Position numbers and translations under genes: made by a program | Shown here: positions 29,301 to 39,412 of the stretch, piece by piece | Position numbering within the stretch: the stretch's first letter is position 1 | How the letters are laid out: every line of letters starts with the position of its first letter | Source of the DNA: a virus | Reading direction: 5' to 3' (one strand) | Virus record (IMG/VR): IMGVR_UViG_3300037483_000361 | Coordinates: 1-64,000 of that record | DNA length: 64,000 nt | The notes under the pieces: model-generated | What the model saw: the letters and a program-made list of their open reading frames with translations, nothing else | The model's database searches: none | Told to the model about the DNA's origin: nothing

Positions 29301-31312
29301 GCGGCAATTTCTATTGATCCACTGATCGTGCCGCTCACGTAGAGAACGAACTGGCCGGAGGCCGAATCGATGTAAGCTTTGAGCTTGTCACCGATGCTAA
29401 TCTTTGGGCTTCCCGATACATCTTCTGCTAGCAATATTGCTGTGCCGCTCGAGAAGAACTGGCCTAGGCCCAAATATATTGCCGAACCTGATTGCTGGGA
29501 GCCGCTTTCATCGAGCCATCCCACCGAAGAAATGGTAACGCCACTACCCGATGGAGAGACGGTTAGTTTACCTTCTACTCGATGGTCAGTACCCCGAAGC
29601 AACATGTTACCGCCATCAAAAAATACGATGTTGGAGAAAATATCTTCTGGATAGACATTGTTATTCGGATCAAATAGTTGCGCTTTGAATTGTAGGTGCT
29701 CGAATCGTTTGTTAACAATTGGAATCAAGAATTCTGCATTGTCGGGGTTGAATCCAGTTTCGAAAGCAGATTCAATGAACGGATCAGCGATGTACCAATC
29801 CCCAGCCGTAATGACGAAATACAATTTTGCATCGCCTGTATTCAGTGCTGTGAAATTGACCGCAGTTCCAAGATCAAGACTGCGAGCTCGGCCATTGGCT
29901 ACACTAATTTCGGTGACCTTATATCCAAGCATATCAAGACTTGGAAATGCACTGCCAGATAGATACACCGCAAGTTTTGCCTCATAGGAGTCAATATCCT
30001 TGAGACACAACGAATCCATGCCGAACACATATTCCAATCCAGCTATGAAAGGAAGTGATACACTGCCCGACAGTCCAATGAAATATTGTGGAGCGGCGCC
30101 AGAACCCGTGCCTGCCGCCAAGCTCGGCACATTAGAGATGTGTATAGAATCAAGGAGATTGGCAGTGTCCCGAGTGACGAGAATGGATGCGGCCGGTACA
30201 TACGGCGGGCGGATGCTGCCCGTGATGCTGCCAGCGGTCCAGAACGCGTCGATGACTGCTTGGTCGAACAGGTAGCCCATGCGGGTGGTCGGGCCGAGCG
30301 CTGCGCTCGAGGTCTGGGTGAGCTCCATCTGCTCGAGCTTCTGGTCTGCTACGGGTTCGAAGTCACCCTCGGAGTCGAGGCTGCGCACGAAGAGCTTGGC
30401 TCTGGCGACGTCGCCAGAAAAAGTCTTCAGGTTGAGCAACTTCACGTCGGCATAGGAGCGAGTGAGCGTAGTAGTCGAAAACGCGTCGGTATCTTTGAAA
30501 CTGATCGTGAAGTCGCTTGCCGCAAACGGAATGTAGCTGTTAAATGCGCCGGACCCCGTTGCAGCAATGAGACTAGATTCAAGCTGCATGGTGGCGTCAT
30601 TCAGAACCAACAGAATTGAACTAGTGAAAATACCCAAGAACGCCGCTTCATTAATAGAAGCAGTAAATGAGCCACCTTCCATGCTCTTGCTAAGCGGGAA
30701 AGTCGGCGTGTTTACCGTGTAGATGTTGGTGATTGGATTGGCAGAATTGATGATTCGCAGAAGCGTACCACCGACTGCTTGTGTTCCCGAAATGATAGTG
30801 AGAGAGCCCGTAATAGCTTTACGGAACGGAGATAATATCTCAGAGACGACAAGTTGCGGTGTAGTATATACCCGAATCTTCGAATCGTTGGTGCGAAGAG
30901 AATCTACCGTAAACTGTCGTTGATACTTGACATTGAATTTTCCGCGCCATTCTTTTGGAATGGGGCTGCCATCCAAACCAACAGCGGCCTCACCAAGAAT
31001 TGTAAGAGTTGCTGGGCCTGGCGGTGTATCTTCATAGACTTCAATAGCAATGAACCGGGCTCGGCCTTCGGCATAATTACGAACAGCAGATAGGAAGATC
31101 GGATCGCCATTGGCATCCTTGATCTCTATAAGCACTTCGGTGTCATTTATTAACGCATTGCTTCCTGCTATCAGAAAACCTTGGCGACCCGAGTGAAGAA
31201 CGTCCGTAACGTCCCGAAGCTGAAAGTAGTGCGAGTTCGCTTCAAGGTCGTTGATTAAGACACTGGCTTGGTCTAGATTTTGTTTTTGTAGATAGTACTT
31301 GATTTTTGCCAT
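26375..31312 (-). CDS. Large tail fibre/baseplate-attached protein
   Basis: About 1645 aa, beta-rich, with an ITADKLDVDVLSAITADMG stalk motif and C-terminal TASFA repeats. Start moved to MAKIKY; TACTTATA at 31347-31354. Confidence 0.7.
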   Translation of the reverse strand: MAKIKYYLQKQNLDQASVLINDLEANSHYFQLRDVTDVLHSGRQGFLIAGSNALINDTEVLIEIKDANGDPIFLSAVRNYAEGRARFIAIEVYEDTPPGPATLTILGEAAVGLDGSPIPKEWRGKFNVKYQRQFTVDSLRTNDSKIRVYTTPQLVVSEILSPFRKAITGSLTIISGTQAVGGTLLRIINSANPITNIYTVNTPTFPLSKSMEGGSFTASINEAAFLGIFTSSILLVLNDATMQLESSLIAATGSGAFNSYIPFAASDFTISFKDTDAFSTTTLTRSYADVKLLNLKTFSGDVARAKLFVRSLDSEGDFEPVADQKLEQMELTQTSSAALGPTTRMGYLFDQAVIDAFWTAGSITGSIRPPYVPAASILVTRDTANLLDSIHISNVPSLAAGTGSGAAPQYFIGLSGSVSLPFIAGLEYVFGMDSLCLKDIDSYEAKLAVYLSGSAFPSLDMLGYKVTEISVANGRARSLDLGTAVNFTALNTGDAKLYFVITAGDWYIADPFIESAFETGFNPDNAEFLIPIVNKRFEHLQFKAQLFDPNNNVYPEDIFSNIVFFDGGNMLLRGTDHRVEGKLTVSPSGSGVTISSVGWLDESGSQQSGSAIYLGLGQFFSSGTAILLAEDVSGSPKISIGDKLKAYIDSASGQFVLYVSGTISGSIEIAANSITADKLDVDVLSAITADMGELTAGIIHNIVDDAGIQFSTGSFWQGWNNFINMAATGSQVFLQTSGGAIQATADGDVTLQGNVNASTLVVSTDAHINTQLAVRSLLVATDNVWNTIDNRLKMDGGDLFIYASGSLDSDNPILTIKSFSVFAGTQSGSSTTNEQDTFWNKVADQVILTINGTTEGSDPAFNSLTGSTSVDAIDDQYTVRYALRLNTSDMVKEIGKFSSVVATGYLDYRVADTGSWTNVKTHTITHAFDALATGSDFLFPDSDISAGNLWTSTEATLWEALDEVSPSDVDFVSSGDPADTFIVGMTNPVNTPTGLNRKIRVRHQIDIVGGTDVLVGDTALILYEGTTFKESWGISPVPGYQTDEFTITSSIANYNDLRVGVITDSGLVDDLIDVSWIRIELPFSNANTFGYSPDETQNFADTVTVAGPPSYVEFRLRVQQARTGDTLSGASTASISGSTTTGITWISSAGGDPGLLTHRNLRLFSSGGHEPHLSYAPGPATLVPPIESGSEGDNIWISGSGPYWYLPNGIGWTGLSSSGSNASSSYAVTASFAETASFALNGGGSGGTFLIVGTSLRGDIPLVTNGIASGSVQTGSFSLSKGFILYRVSSSVESRVRLYSSASFRNTDLTRSIGVDPVLEHGVIVDLVLSGSPNFLVYNLAPYVIGVDAQPTPDGQISYTINDLSGVAATHSLSFTILPLEANALSASLIESASYALTCSFFAGPSIPSSSYATTSSFAESASFAVTASAATSITFVPATASFAVTASFAQSASFAETASAATSITFTPATASFAITASLAVTASYAVSASSVLSASYAVTSSFAVSASHAQTAASADLATSAVTALTASNADTASFADPDLFTAHHPIITVDVNPYAVSFDDFTVLIDASSGSSPYKVTLPAIADFMRGPASKVVNIIKIDAGANFVDVVPSGSETLIGDPSFSLVDQYEGVTLQPSSSVWFIV

Positions 31313-31378
31313 AATAACCCAAGCAAAAAGGTGGTATGCCTCAACATATAAGTAGACACCGCCTATAATGTTGGGCAC

Positions 31379-31410
31379 AAAAAGGGCGCCCTGGTTCCTT
31401 CAGGCGCCCT
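31379..31410 (-). terminator. Rho-independent terminator
   Basis: AGGGCGCC...GGCGCCCT followed by TTTT, after the SbcCD gene. Confidence 0.8.
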
Positions 31411-31439
31411 GTTAGTTATTCGTATCTAAGAGATTATCA

Positions 31440-34400
31440 TTAGTAATTTATACGTGAGTAACCATTATCCAACTGAATTTCCATGAGAGAATCTACCATA
31501 TCACGAACAGCTTCCAAGTGACTGACGATGACAATAAAGTCGAATTGATTCTTCAATATCGCAAACATCGTTTGCATGCTAATTAGATTTTCCGACGACA
31601 GAACACCCAATCCCTCGTCCACAACTAAGAAGTTTGGCTTCGGCAGGTTTGACACGGTGATCAGCGCCACTCGGATTGCAAGGGAGCCGATGAACCGTTC
31701 CATGCCACTGGACATCTCAAGCGGCCAATGTCGATCATCGTCATAGATGATGCGACCGTTGATATTCTTACCATCCACTTCAAGAGCAATGGTGAAGTCC
31801 ACTATTTGTGACAATAGATTGTTGATCTCCGCCTCAATCGACGGAATGATCTTCGAGATCAATTCATATGAGATACCGTCACGCCTAATGGCGGCAACAT
31901 AGAACTCGTATGCTTTGATAAGCGTTTCGATCTCTTCCATCTCACCAAGCTGTTCGAAAATACTACGCTTGCGTTCTTTCTGAACTTGAAGATTGCCATG
32001 CAAACCACGCAATTTCGTATCCAACGTCTTGAGCTCATTGAGCAACTCATTTTGTTTCTGTTCTAATGCTTCGATTTTTTGATCTATAATAGTGTTCTTC
32101 TTGATCTGATCAATGTTCTGATGATACTTCTTGATCTTGTCCTCAACATCTTTTAGATTTCCTTTCTTGGTTGTAATCGTGCTCTTAAGTTCACTCAACT
32201 TAGCGGTATGAACGAACAACTCCCGTTCTGCCAATAGAAGGGATGCCAGAACCTCCTTCTCTACAGTATAATCCGCAGATACATCATCAAAATCTACCAA
32301 TACGAGAGACAACTTTTGCTTCCGGGGTTCTAAGATACCTACTCGCTGATGAAATTGAGTTAGGTCTTGCTTTATGGCCTTAGAATGCCGCACCAATTCA
32401 CCATTGTTCTGAACGCAGAATTTACAATCCGGGTCGAACTCTTGAGTCACAATATGGTCGAGTTGTGTTTGGCTCGTTGCGAGCTGTCTTGTCAACAATG
32501 CTAATTCGTTAACAATAGAAGTAAATTCATGTTGTGCAGTAACCAACTTCTCATACCGCTCGGTAGTTCCGTGTAGACCAGTTACAGTGCTTGCCAAACT
32601 GCCCGATTGTTCTTGTAAACGAGTTCGTTTGCGATCTATATCAATCGTGCGTTCGCTGAGAGTAGAGAGTGTTTGTCCCAAATCCCCTGCAGCACGATCC
32701 AGTTTAGAAATATCCGTTTCAGTAAGGTCGAGCGGAACTTTCGATTCATACAACGAAGATACATCTCGTTCAATATTCGTTAGTTCGACACCAATGATGT
32801 CTTTATCCGTTTCATATTTCGTATAGTCATTCTGCAACCGGTCAATTTCGGCTTGAGCAACAACAAGTTCCTGCGCGAAGTCTTCTTTGCTCATACGCTT
32901 CAACGCACCTTTGCTCTCCTTCATTTCGTCAAGAGCTAGGTTATAAAGCATATCGAAGATATTGATGCCCATAAACTGGCTGAGCAAATCTTTACGTTCT
33001 GACTGGCTCTTATCAATGAACAGAGCGTTGTTATTTTGAACACTGAGACTAGTGAGAATGAAGTCTTCATAAGTCCCAACATATCGGCGAATAACAGCAT
33101 CAGTAGCTCGACGATCTTCAGCGTTAAGCGAAACTTGCTCACCCTCGTCATCAATCTTCCAGAAATCCACATCGACTTTCACATCATTATTGGGTTTTCG
33201 TATCCCTACTCGGCGAATTCCATACTCAACACCATTGATTTCAAACTTCAATTGACACCTAAATCGATTCTTGCGATTATTTATGATGTGCGAGGCTTTG
33301 AATGCACGCGGCGTCTTATCGTAAAGACAGAACATGAATGCATCAAATGCTGCAGTCTTGCCCGACGCATTAGGTGAGAACAAACCATGAACACCTTGCA
33401 TAGATTCAAAATCTATGGCATTGCCCTCACCATACGAAAACATATTGCTAAACTCGAATAATAGCGGACGCCAGCGAACATTGCGTGATAAATCCTCCAA
33501 AGCAACTTTGGAGTTCAATTCCTTGTTAATCTCAAAAATTCGCTCCATCAGTTCCGAATCAACAACAGCATAATGGCGGGTGAGATACTCCTCAATAAGT
33601 TTATTCTGAACATCAACATTCTGCACATCAACCATAGCAGTGCTATGATGCTGATTGCCAATTTGAAGTTGATCGTCACGCATCTTATTGACGATGAACT
33701 CTTGTAGATTGAATTTCTTCTTTAGAATAGATTCAATCTTCTTGACTTTGCTTGCATCCAAATCTTTGACGAATACTCGCAGTCGAGCATTCTCAGGAAT
33801 GTGCGACAAGTCTGGTATCTTGCCATTTTCTATAATGAGCGTGGCAAAACCATACTTGTTCGGAACCTCATGGTGTGTAAAAGAGCGTTTCTTGACATCC
33901 CATTCCAACCAGCCGTGTCCTTCTAACTTTTCACCATGATTTTGCTGAATGAGTGAGCCAGCATAAACGATACATGGCTTCTTATTGGCCGCCTCATATT
34001 CTTGCAATGTTTGATGCCGATGAATATCTCCAAGCAATACCATGTGGTATCCATTGAATGTTTCAAGTGACACATGCCGTGACGTGACTGTAAATCCGGT
34101 GTCTGTCAGAGCCGCATCAACCGGTGCATGAAGAATGGCAACCTTGTTAGGCGACTTGCACTGTCTAACCTTCGGCCAATCTTTGCGGTCACCGATGATA
34201 GAATAGACAGCAAGGTCGGTATCGGCAACAGTGTAAATGCCGCTATCTTTTAAATAATACAGATCGGGGTGGGAAATGTTTTCAAGAATTGGGGAGAGCG
34301 AATCCAACCGGAAAGTATTGGCCAGATTCAAATCATGATTTCCTACAACAACCAAAGTCGGTGCTATGTCGGCTAATCGATTCAAGAAGTCCGATGCAAG

Positions 34401-34634
34401 GGCCACCATCTCTGGTGAGAGATCCGTTTTCGCGTGTAGCAAATCTCCGGTAAATAGAATAACGGAGTTGGCAAACATCGACCCCTTATGAATGATCTGA
34501 TCGTATAGTGCAGCGAAGATTTCTTTGTATTCTTTGTGTCGCTTAAACAACCGGATATGAACATCCGAGATATGAATGATCGTGTCCAATTCTTGAAACG
34601 GAACCTTTATTGTTCGTGGGTTAATTTGCGCCAT
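31440..34634 (-). CDS. Fused SbcD/gp47 nuclease and SbcC/gp46 ATPase
   Basis: DVH, GD, GNHD and GDIH phosphoesterase motifs; NASGKT Walker A, CKFC zinc hook, SSGME signature, VVDEG, VSH. Confidence 0.93.
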   Translation of the reverse strand: MAQINPRTIKVPFQELDTIIHISDVHIRLFKRHKEYKEIFAALYDQIIHKGSMFANSVILFTGDLLHAKTDLSPEMVALASDFLNRLADIAPTLVVVGNHDLNLANTFRLDSLSPILENISHPDLYYLKDSGIYTVADTDLAVYSIIGDRKDWPKVRQCKSPNKVAILHAPVDAALTDTGFTVTSRHVSLETFNGYHMVLLGDIHRHQTLQEYEAANKKPCIVYAGSLIQQNHGEKLEGHGWLEWDVKKRSFTHHEVPNKYGFATLIIENGKIPDLSHIPENARLRVFVKDLDASKVKKIESILKKKFNLQEFIVNKMRDDQLQIGNQHHSTAMVDVQNVDVQNKLIEEYLTRHYAVVDSELMERIFEINKELNSKVALEDLSRNVRWRPLLFEFSNMFSYGEGNAIDFESMQGVHGLFSPNASGKTAAFDAFMFCLYDKTPRAFKASHIINNRKNRFRCQLKFEINGVEYGIRRVGIRKPNNDVKVDVDFWKIDDEGEQVSLNAEDRRATDAVIRRYVGTYEDFILTSLSVQNNNALFIDKSQSERKDLLSQFMGINIFDMLYNLALDEMKESKGALKRMSKEDFAQELVVAQAEIDRLQNDYTKYETDKDIIGVELTNIERDVSSLYESKVPLDLTETDISKLDRAAGDLGQTLSTLSERTIDIDRKRTRLQEQSGSLASTVTGLHGTTERYEKLVTAQHEFTSIVNELALLTRQLATSQTQLDHIVTQEFDPDCKFCVQNNGELVRHSKAIKQDLTQFHQRVGILEPRKQKLSLVLVDFDDVSADYTVEKEVLASLLLAERELFVHTAKLSELKSTITTKKGNLKDVEDKIKKYHQNIDQIKKNTIIDQKIEALEQKQNELLNELKTLDTKLRGLHGNLQVQKERKRSIFEQLGEMEEIETLIKAYEFYVAAIRRDGISYELISKIIPSIEAEINNLLSQIVDFTIALEVDGKNINGRIIYDDDRHWPLEMSSGMERFIGSLAIRVALITVSNLPKPNFLVVDEGLGVLSSENLISMQTMFAILKNQFDFIVIVSHLEAVRDMVDSLMEIQLDNGYSRINY

Positions 34635-34640
34635 AGGCCC

Positions 34641-35561
34641 TCATAGTAACGCCACTCGTTCCTTCGTCAAATCACCGAAGGTGAGTTTGCTAGTGGTGTT
34701 GCGAATTGCTTCGATCATTCCCCCAAAGCCAATCATACCGGGGTCTTTTCCTGGTATCTTAACAAGATATACACTCATCTCGTGGCTTAAAAGAGTTTGT
34801 GCAATCCGTAATGCATCACTGCGAGCGTCGGCATCAAGGGCCAAATAAACATCCGTTACGCCTTTGGATGTAATTGCTTCCAGTACTTTTGACTGCATCG
34901 ATTTGCCGAATAACGGAATAGCATTTCGGCGAATCGCGATTGCATCCATTGGTCCCTCACATATAACTATCGGAAATTTCCATGAGATGAGCGACTCAAA
35001 GCCCACAATGTTTTTGCTGACGTGCGGATTACGATACGGCATGGTCGATTCATAATAAGATCGGCCGACAAAATAGTTCAACTTACCAGTTTCGTCATAA
35101 CTTGGAATGATGATGCGGTTGGCAAACTCACCGGTTTCGCAATAGCCAATTTGATACTTCATAATATCAGAAAGCGTGACGTTGCGGCGATGAAGATACG
35201 CCAATGCATTTTTGTATTCGTAACTGCGACTGCTTTCCCACAAAGGTATAAACCCCATCGGGAGTGTTAATAACACCACTTCTTTCGGAATGTTGTCAAA
35301 CTTGATTTTCTGGTCTAGTGCGGCTGCTAATTCCGCAAAATGCTTCTTGGAAGCATTCATTCGTTTGAGCAAACTAAAAAGGCTGCGACCTTTGGTATTA
35401 CAAACCCAACAGTGCCACTGCCCCATTGCTACATTAACGGCAAGTTTTCGTCTGTGGTGGGAGCAAAACGGGCAGAACCAAGCATATTCATTTTGTTGCT
35501 GTGGTGCGTGACTCCCAAGAACATTGTCCAAAATAGACAATAATTGAATTACATCGGCCAT
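34641..35561 (-). CDS. DNA primase (DnaG-type)
   Basis: CPFC...CWVC zinc finger, RIIIP, CEGPMD and Toprim LDAD...KDP. Confidence 0.9.
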   Translation of the reverse strand: MADVIQLLSILDNVLGSHAPQQQNEYAWFCPFCSHHRRKLAVNVAMGQWHCWVCNTKGRSLFSLLKRMNASKKHFAELAAALDQKIKFDNIPKEVVLLTLPMGFIPLWESSRSYEYKNALAYLHRRNVTLSDIMKYQIGYCETGEFANRIIIPSYDETGKLNYFVGRSYYESTMPYRNPHVSKNIVGFESLISWKFPIVICEGPMDAIAIRRNAIPLFGKSMQSKVLEAITSKGVTDVYLALDADARSDALRIAQTLLSHEMSVYLVKIPGKDPGMIGFGGMIEAIRNTTSKLTFGDLTKERVALL

Positions 35562-35575
35562 AAACTATTTTGAAT

Positions 35576-35616
35576 TATACTCCGTAGTTATCAGCAATGA
35601 ACAACTACGGAGTATA
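35576..35616. repeat. Perfect 14-bp inverted repeat upstream of the primase gene
   Basis: TATACTCCGTAGTT-N13-AACTACGGAGTATA. Confidence 0.85.
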
Positions 35617-35622
35617 CTGCGT

Positions 35623-35988
35623 TCACTCTAACTTGTCAAGTCTAGATTGTAATAGCTTTAGAAAAGTTTCCATTCGGAGCGACACATAGGTTTCTGACCG
35701 GTTTCTCTTAAATACAAGGAGTGCATCGGTGTTAGGAACACAATTCTCCTCGGCCTGTTCCAAAGATTGCCAGATGTTGATCTTCTCTTGATTCTTACAT
35801 TCTACAGAAAATGGAAACACCCGCTTGGCTGCCGGAGAGAGTTTCAGATCGGTGCCTGACTCGCCCATGATGGCCTTGCGGATGTCGTCCGGTTCCAGTG
35901 TATCTTTGAATTGTTCGAGTAACCTAATTTGAACATCGTCTTGCAGGCGACGGCCCTTTGCTTTTCTACTGCGCGGCGTATTAGCCAT
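35623..35988 (-). CDS. Holliday junction resolvase-like PD-(D/E)XK nuclease
   Basis: SRKAKGR, G.D, VECKNQE and LVFKRNR motifs. Confidence 0.8.
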   Translation of the reverse strand: MANTPRSRKAKGRRLQDDVQIRLLEQFKDTLEPDDIRKAIMGESGTDLKLSPAAKRVFPFSVECKNQEKINIWQSLEQAEENCVPNTDALLVFKRNRSETYVSLRMETFLKLLQSRLDKLE

Positions 35989-36096
35989 TCATTTTGTCCT
36001 CAAATAAAAGATTGACTTGAGCGCCAATGTCTAAATACCTATGAAAACACCAACCTTGAGCACCTTTTGATTTCATTGTAACCCCTTTATTCTTGA

Positions 36097-36585
36097 TTAT
36101 CTCATCTCATCTTGCCAGTCAAGATAACAGTCCCTACATACATCGCCGCGGCCTGGGACATTTTTGAATATCTCAGGAGAACCACACCGGGCGCATTTCT
36201 TCTTTGCGACCGTAGGTTCGGCTGCTTCGGCCATTCCGTGTTGTTTTGCCCACTGTTCGTAGTATTTCTTGTAGCGTTGAAAACGATCATAAAAGATTGG
36301 CCATGAATATCGTGCCCGCGATCCTATTCCACGAGGATGTTCCCTAAACCAGGCCTCAGCGGCTTTTAACCCAAGGCGTTTAATAACCCCAAACATCGTC
36401 TTATCGACAGGACCAATATATCCTTGATCTGTGATGTTGGGCGGATTAGATCGTGTTTTAGTAGCATCATCACCAGTGCTGGTTCGATCTATATATTTGC
36501 CCGGAACTGACTTATCAATGACGGCTTCGTTGAGCACACGGTTGATCTCTTCACGGATCATTTGCTTGAAACGTGACTGCTTCAT
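36097..36585 (-). CDS. Putative internal head protein with C-terminal zinc ribbon
   Basis: Leader FKQMIREEINRVLNEA; CARC...CRDC follows a MAEA site. Confidence 0.55.
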   Translation of the reverse strand: MKQSRFKQMIREEINRVLNEAVIDKSVPGKYIDRTSTGDDATKTRSNPPNITDQGYIGPVDKTMFGVIKRLGLKAAEAWFREHPRGIGSRARYSWPIFYDRFQRYKKYYEQWAKQHGMAEAAEPTVAKKKCARCGSPEIFKNVPGRGDVCRDCYLDWQDEMR

Positions 36586-36597
36586 AGAAATCTCCTA

Positions 36598-36891
36598 TTA
36601 ACTCTTCGGCTGACCGATTGGTGAGAACGGAGTTTCGGGCGTGTACCGATGCAACGGCGTGGCGGGATCATACGATTGTGGAGGAACGAGGTTGTTTCGT
36701 TCGGTCGTATATTCATCCTGCGCAGCCTGTGTGAATTCTGTTGGACTGAGTTTGTCACGGCCTACGGTGAAACCACCAGCAAACTTGTGGTCACGGTCAA
36801 AGAAATCTGTACCGCCGCCGGGAATCAGCGTACGTGACTCCACCGGGCGAAGTTTCTTAGTGCTGTTGTATAAATCTACTAGATTGCTCAT
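36598..36891 (-). CDS. Hypothetical protein
   Basis: GGAG RBS and operon position. Confidence 0.5.
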   Translation of the reverse strand: MSNLVDLYNSTKKLRPVESRTLIPGGGTDFFDRDHKFAGGFTVGRDKLSPTEFTQAAQDEYTTERNNLVPPQSYDPATPLHRYTPETPFSPIGQPKS

Positions 36892-36903
36892 GCTAATCTC
36901 CAT

Positions 36904-37407
36904 TTAGAGATGCGGTACCTGTACGGTTTTAATTCGTATTTGAGGATATTTTAGTTGTAACGTGCTGACCGCGGCGATGTTTTTGGGCGAGTCGTCATAA
37001 AACTCAATGTCAGTTGCTCCTCGTCGGGTGATCAGCTCTTCAATGTAATCCCTCTTAAGATTCGGATCGGGATTGCCCATCGTCTTAATTTTAACACCAC
37101 CACGAATGCCTATTGCACGAAGGAATTCTGCAACGGGCTGCGAATCATGGCGCGCCGTCAAAATAATAACTGTTGCCGCTCCTGAATAAACGGTTGTGAG
37201 TAACAACCGCACATACTTTTCAATCATCCGTGGATTAATGAGTTCGCCTCCAAACTGCGACACATCTGTCTTATCCGACGGGTCTAGTTTATAAGTAGCA
37301 AACTCCGTCGATGACAATTCACGACGACCACGTTTTCCGGTAATGACTACCTTTGCGTCAGTCTTGACTAATGTGTCATCAAAGTCAAAAATACGAAACT
37401 TAGACAT
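36904..37407 (-). CDS. HAD-superfamily phosphatase (polynucleotide 3'-phosphatase-like)
   Basis: FDFDDTL, ILTAR, K and FYDDS..N motifs. Confidence 0.85.
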   Translation of the reverse strand: MSKFRIFDFDDTLVKTDAKVVITGKRGRRELSSTEFATYKLDPSDKTDVSQFGGELINPRMIEKYVRLLLTTVYSGAATVIILTARHDSQPVAEFLRAIGIRGGVKIKTMGNPDPNLKRDYIEELITRRGATDIEFYDDSPKNIAAVSTLQLKYPQIRIKTVQVPHL

Positions 37408-38311
37408 CGAACCGTATCACCACACTTTGCTGACTGGTTGCCAACCGCTTGAGCGGGCGAGGAACCTTTGCTACTGCCACCAACTGCTGGCGGTCGTTGT
37501 ACAAACCAATCGTTGTGATATACGGACTGAGTGTGCCACTCTCCACGAGATCGAGGACTTTTTCTACCTCTATACTTCCCGACAGAGTTTTCTTGAAGAA
37601 CGACGGGTTATTCGAAAAGTTGAACTCCATCGGCTCCATTGTTGCGAGAATCGTGTATTCGTATAACTGCTGAGTTGCTTCAAAGTCAGCTTGCAGTGTT
37701 GAACCGCTTGGAAGATAGGACCCCGATTCTTGAATCAGCTCATCGCCGGTTGCACTGGTCAGGCGGTGAACAATCGCAACTCCTAGATTATAGAAGATGT
37801 TTCCCACCACACTACCCGAACCACCAACATAAAGATGTCCCCGCGCATCATCAATTATGCTGCCCGAGCCAGCCGATGGCGTTGTCAATACAAACGAGCC
37901 TGGCCGAATTCCCTCCCCCCAAAGAGCCTGGGCGATATTCACTACATACGCGGACCCGCTCAATAAAAAATTACGATAACCGTCGCCAGCAGCAGCAAAA
38001 CGGAATGTTCCAGAAATCGATCCAGACTGTGATGCAGATTCGTAAAACAGATGCTTTACAGAGCTGAACAGAGGTTCTTGAAAAGTTCCATCTTCATTCG
38101 TTGCCGCAGTAGGTACAAAATCGTCGAGCACAAGTACCTGACTACCCGAATCGGGTCCGACCGTAACTGTAGAGAGAGGAAACTGTTTCGCCGTAGCGAC
38201 ATTTATCTCAGCAATTGCGGTCGAGCCCGAAATGTAGGTTACTACTTGGCTTTTATGGACTTTGAACGGACGGACGATTACATTTTCCGAACCCAAAATC
38301 TTGAATGCCAT
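37400..38311 (-). CDS. Baseplate/fibre-attachment protein
   Basis: C-terminal YITTIGLYND..LVAVAK; paralog of 38325..39401. Confidence 0.6.
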   Translation of the reverse strand: MAFKILGSENVIVRPFKVHKSQVVTYISGSTAIAEINVATAKQFPLSTVTVGPDSGSQVLVLDDFVPTAATNEDGTFQEPLFSSVKHLFYESASQSGSISGTFRFAAAGDGYRNFLLSGSAYVVNIAQALWGEGIRPGSFVLTTPSAGSGSIIDDARGHLYVGGSGSVVGNIFYNLGVAIVHRLTSATGDELIQESGSYLPSGSTLQADFEATQQLYEYTILATMEPMEFNFSNNPSFFKKTLSGSIEVEKVLDLVESGTLSPYITTIGLYNDRQQLVAVAKVPRPLKRLATSQQSVVIRFDV

Positions 38312-38324
38312 TTATCTCGTTCCG

Positions 38325-39401
38325 TTAAAAGTCTAACCGCACCCTAATCAACAGTTCACGGTCAAAGCTCTTGCGTGTAGGTTGACTCAACTTACCAACT
38401 GCAAGCAACTCGTTGGCATCATTATACAAACCAACTGTCGTCACGAAGACTTGTGGGTCTTGGATAAAGCCAGAATTCAAGATGACACCGTTTGCTTCAT
38501 TGAAGAATGATGGGTTGTTGGAGTAGTTAAGCTCCTTGTTGCGTAAACGAACAAAGTAATGCGTTGACGCTATGTTCTCGGCCGACCGTGCCTGGAAATC
38601 CGCGGTAAGCGATGTTGGCGCGCCATTGGTTGGATCACCACCAATCATAGAATTCAGCAATACTTTTTGGTTTCCTGCCGATCCCAAATCAGGATTAGTT
38701 GTAACTGTTGCTGCGCTTGCACTAACAGCGAACAATGCCCGTGGATTGAGAATAATAATTCCCATATCTGGATACACCAAACCGAAGCCGCCTGATACGG
38801 AAGACGATGCTACGACGGTAGAACCAGAAACTCCTGTCAGCGAACCGCTAACAACATTGAACACTCGGCCCGAAGTGCCGAATTGCTCACCAAGAGTTTG
38901 TCCACTATCATCAATGAACGAACGCGTGATTAGGCCGCCGGCCTCATATGCTAATGTTAATGACCAGTTGCCCGGATCAAGCTTTTCCTTTAGGCGCTGA
39001 CGGTGGATATTGATTACAAAGATTTCATCTGCGTTGAATGTGGCTCCATCCGAAGTTGGTAAGAAGGTAAAATGTGTATCGCCTGGATCGAGAAGAACAT
39101 TGCGATACTGGAAATATACTGCTTTAGTTGCTAACAGTGCATTGTCATCATCGGCCAATACTGATGCTCCCCCACCGTTGATATTACCATATGCGAGAGA
39201 AAATTGAATCTCTGCTAATGACGATGATGGATTGATATTGTAGATATCCCAAAAATGCTGACCGGCAGCGGAGGCGGTTTGCTCACTGGATGTGTAGAAT
39301 GCTACCAAACTGCCAGTGTCGCTCGACCACAGTCCAGTCGATACTTGTGTGGGATTTGCCCGTACAATATCGTCCTCTTCAAATCTCTTAAAGACTTCCA
39401 T
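38325..39401 (-). CDS. Baseplate/fibre-attachment protein
   Basis: NYSNNPSF...VTTVGLYNDANELLAVGK. Confidence 0.6.
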   Translation of the reverse strand: MEVFKRFEEDDIVRANPTQVSTGLWSSDTGSLVAFYTSSEQTASAAGQHFWDIYNINPSSSLAEIQFSLAYGNINGGGASVLADDDNALLATKAVYFQYRNVLLDPGDTHFTFLPTSDGATFNADEIFVINIHRQRLKEKLDPGNWSLTLAYEAGGLITRSFIDDSGQTLGEQFGTSGRVFNVVSGSLTGVSGSTVVASSSVSGGFGLVYPDMGIIILNPRALFAVSASAATVTTNPDLGSAGNQKVLLNSMIGGDPTNGAPTSLTADFQARSAENIASTHYFVRLRNKELNYSNNPSFFNEANGVILNSGFIQDPQVFVTTVGLYNDANELLAVGKLSQPTRKSFDRELLIRVRLDF

Positions 39402-39412
39402 TGTTTATCCCC

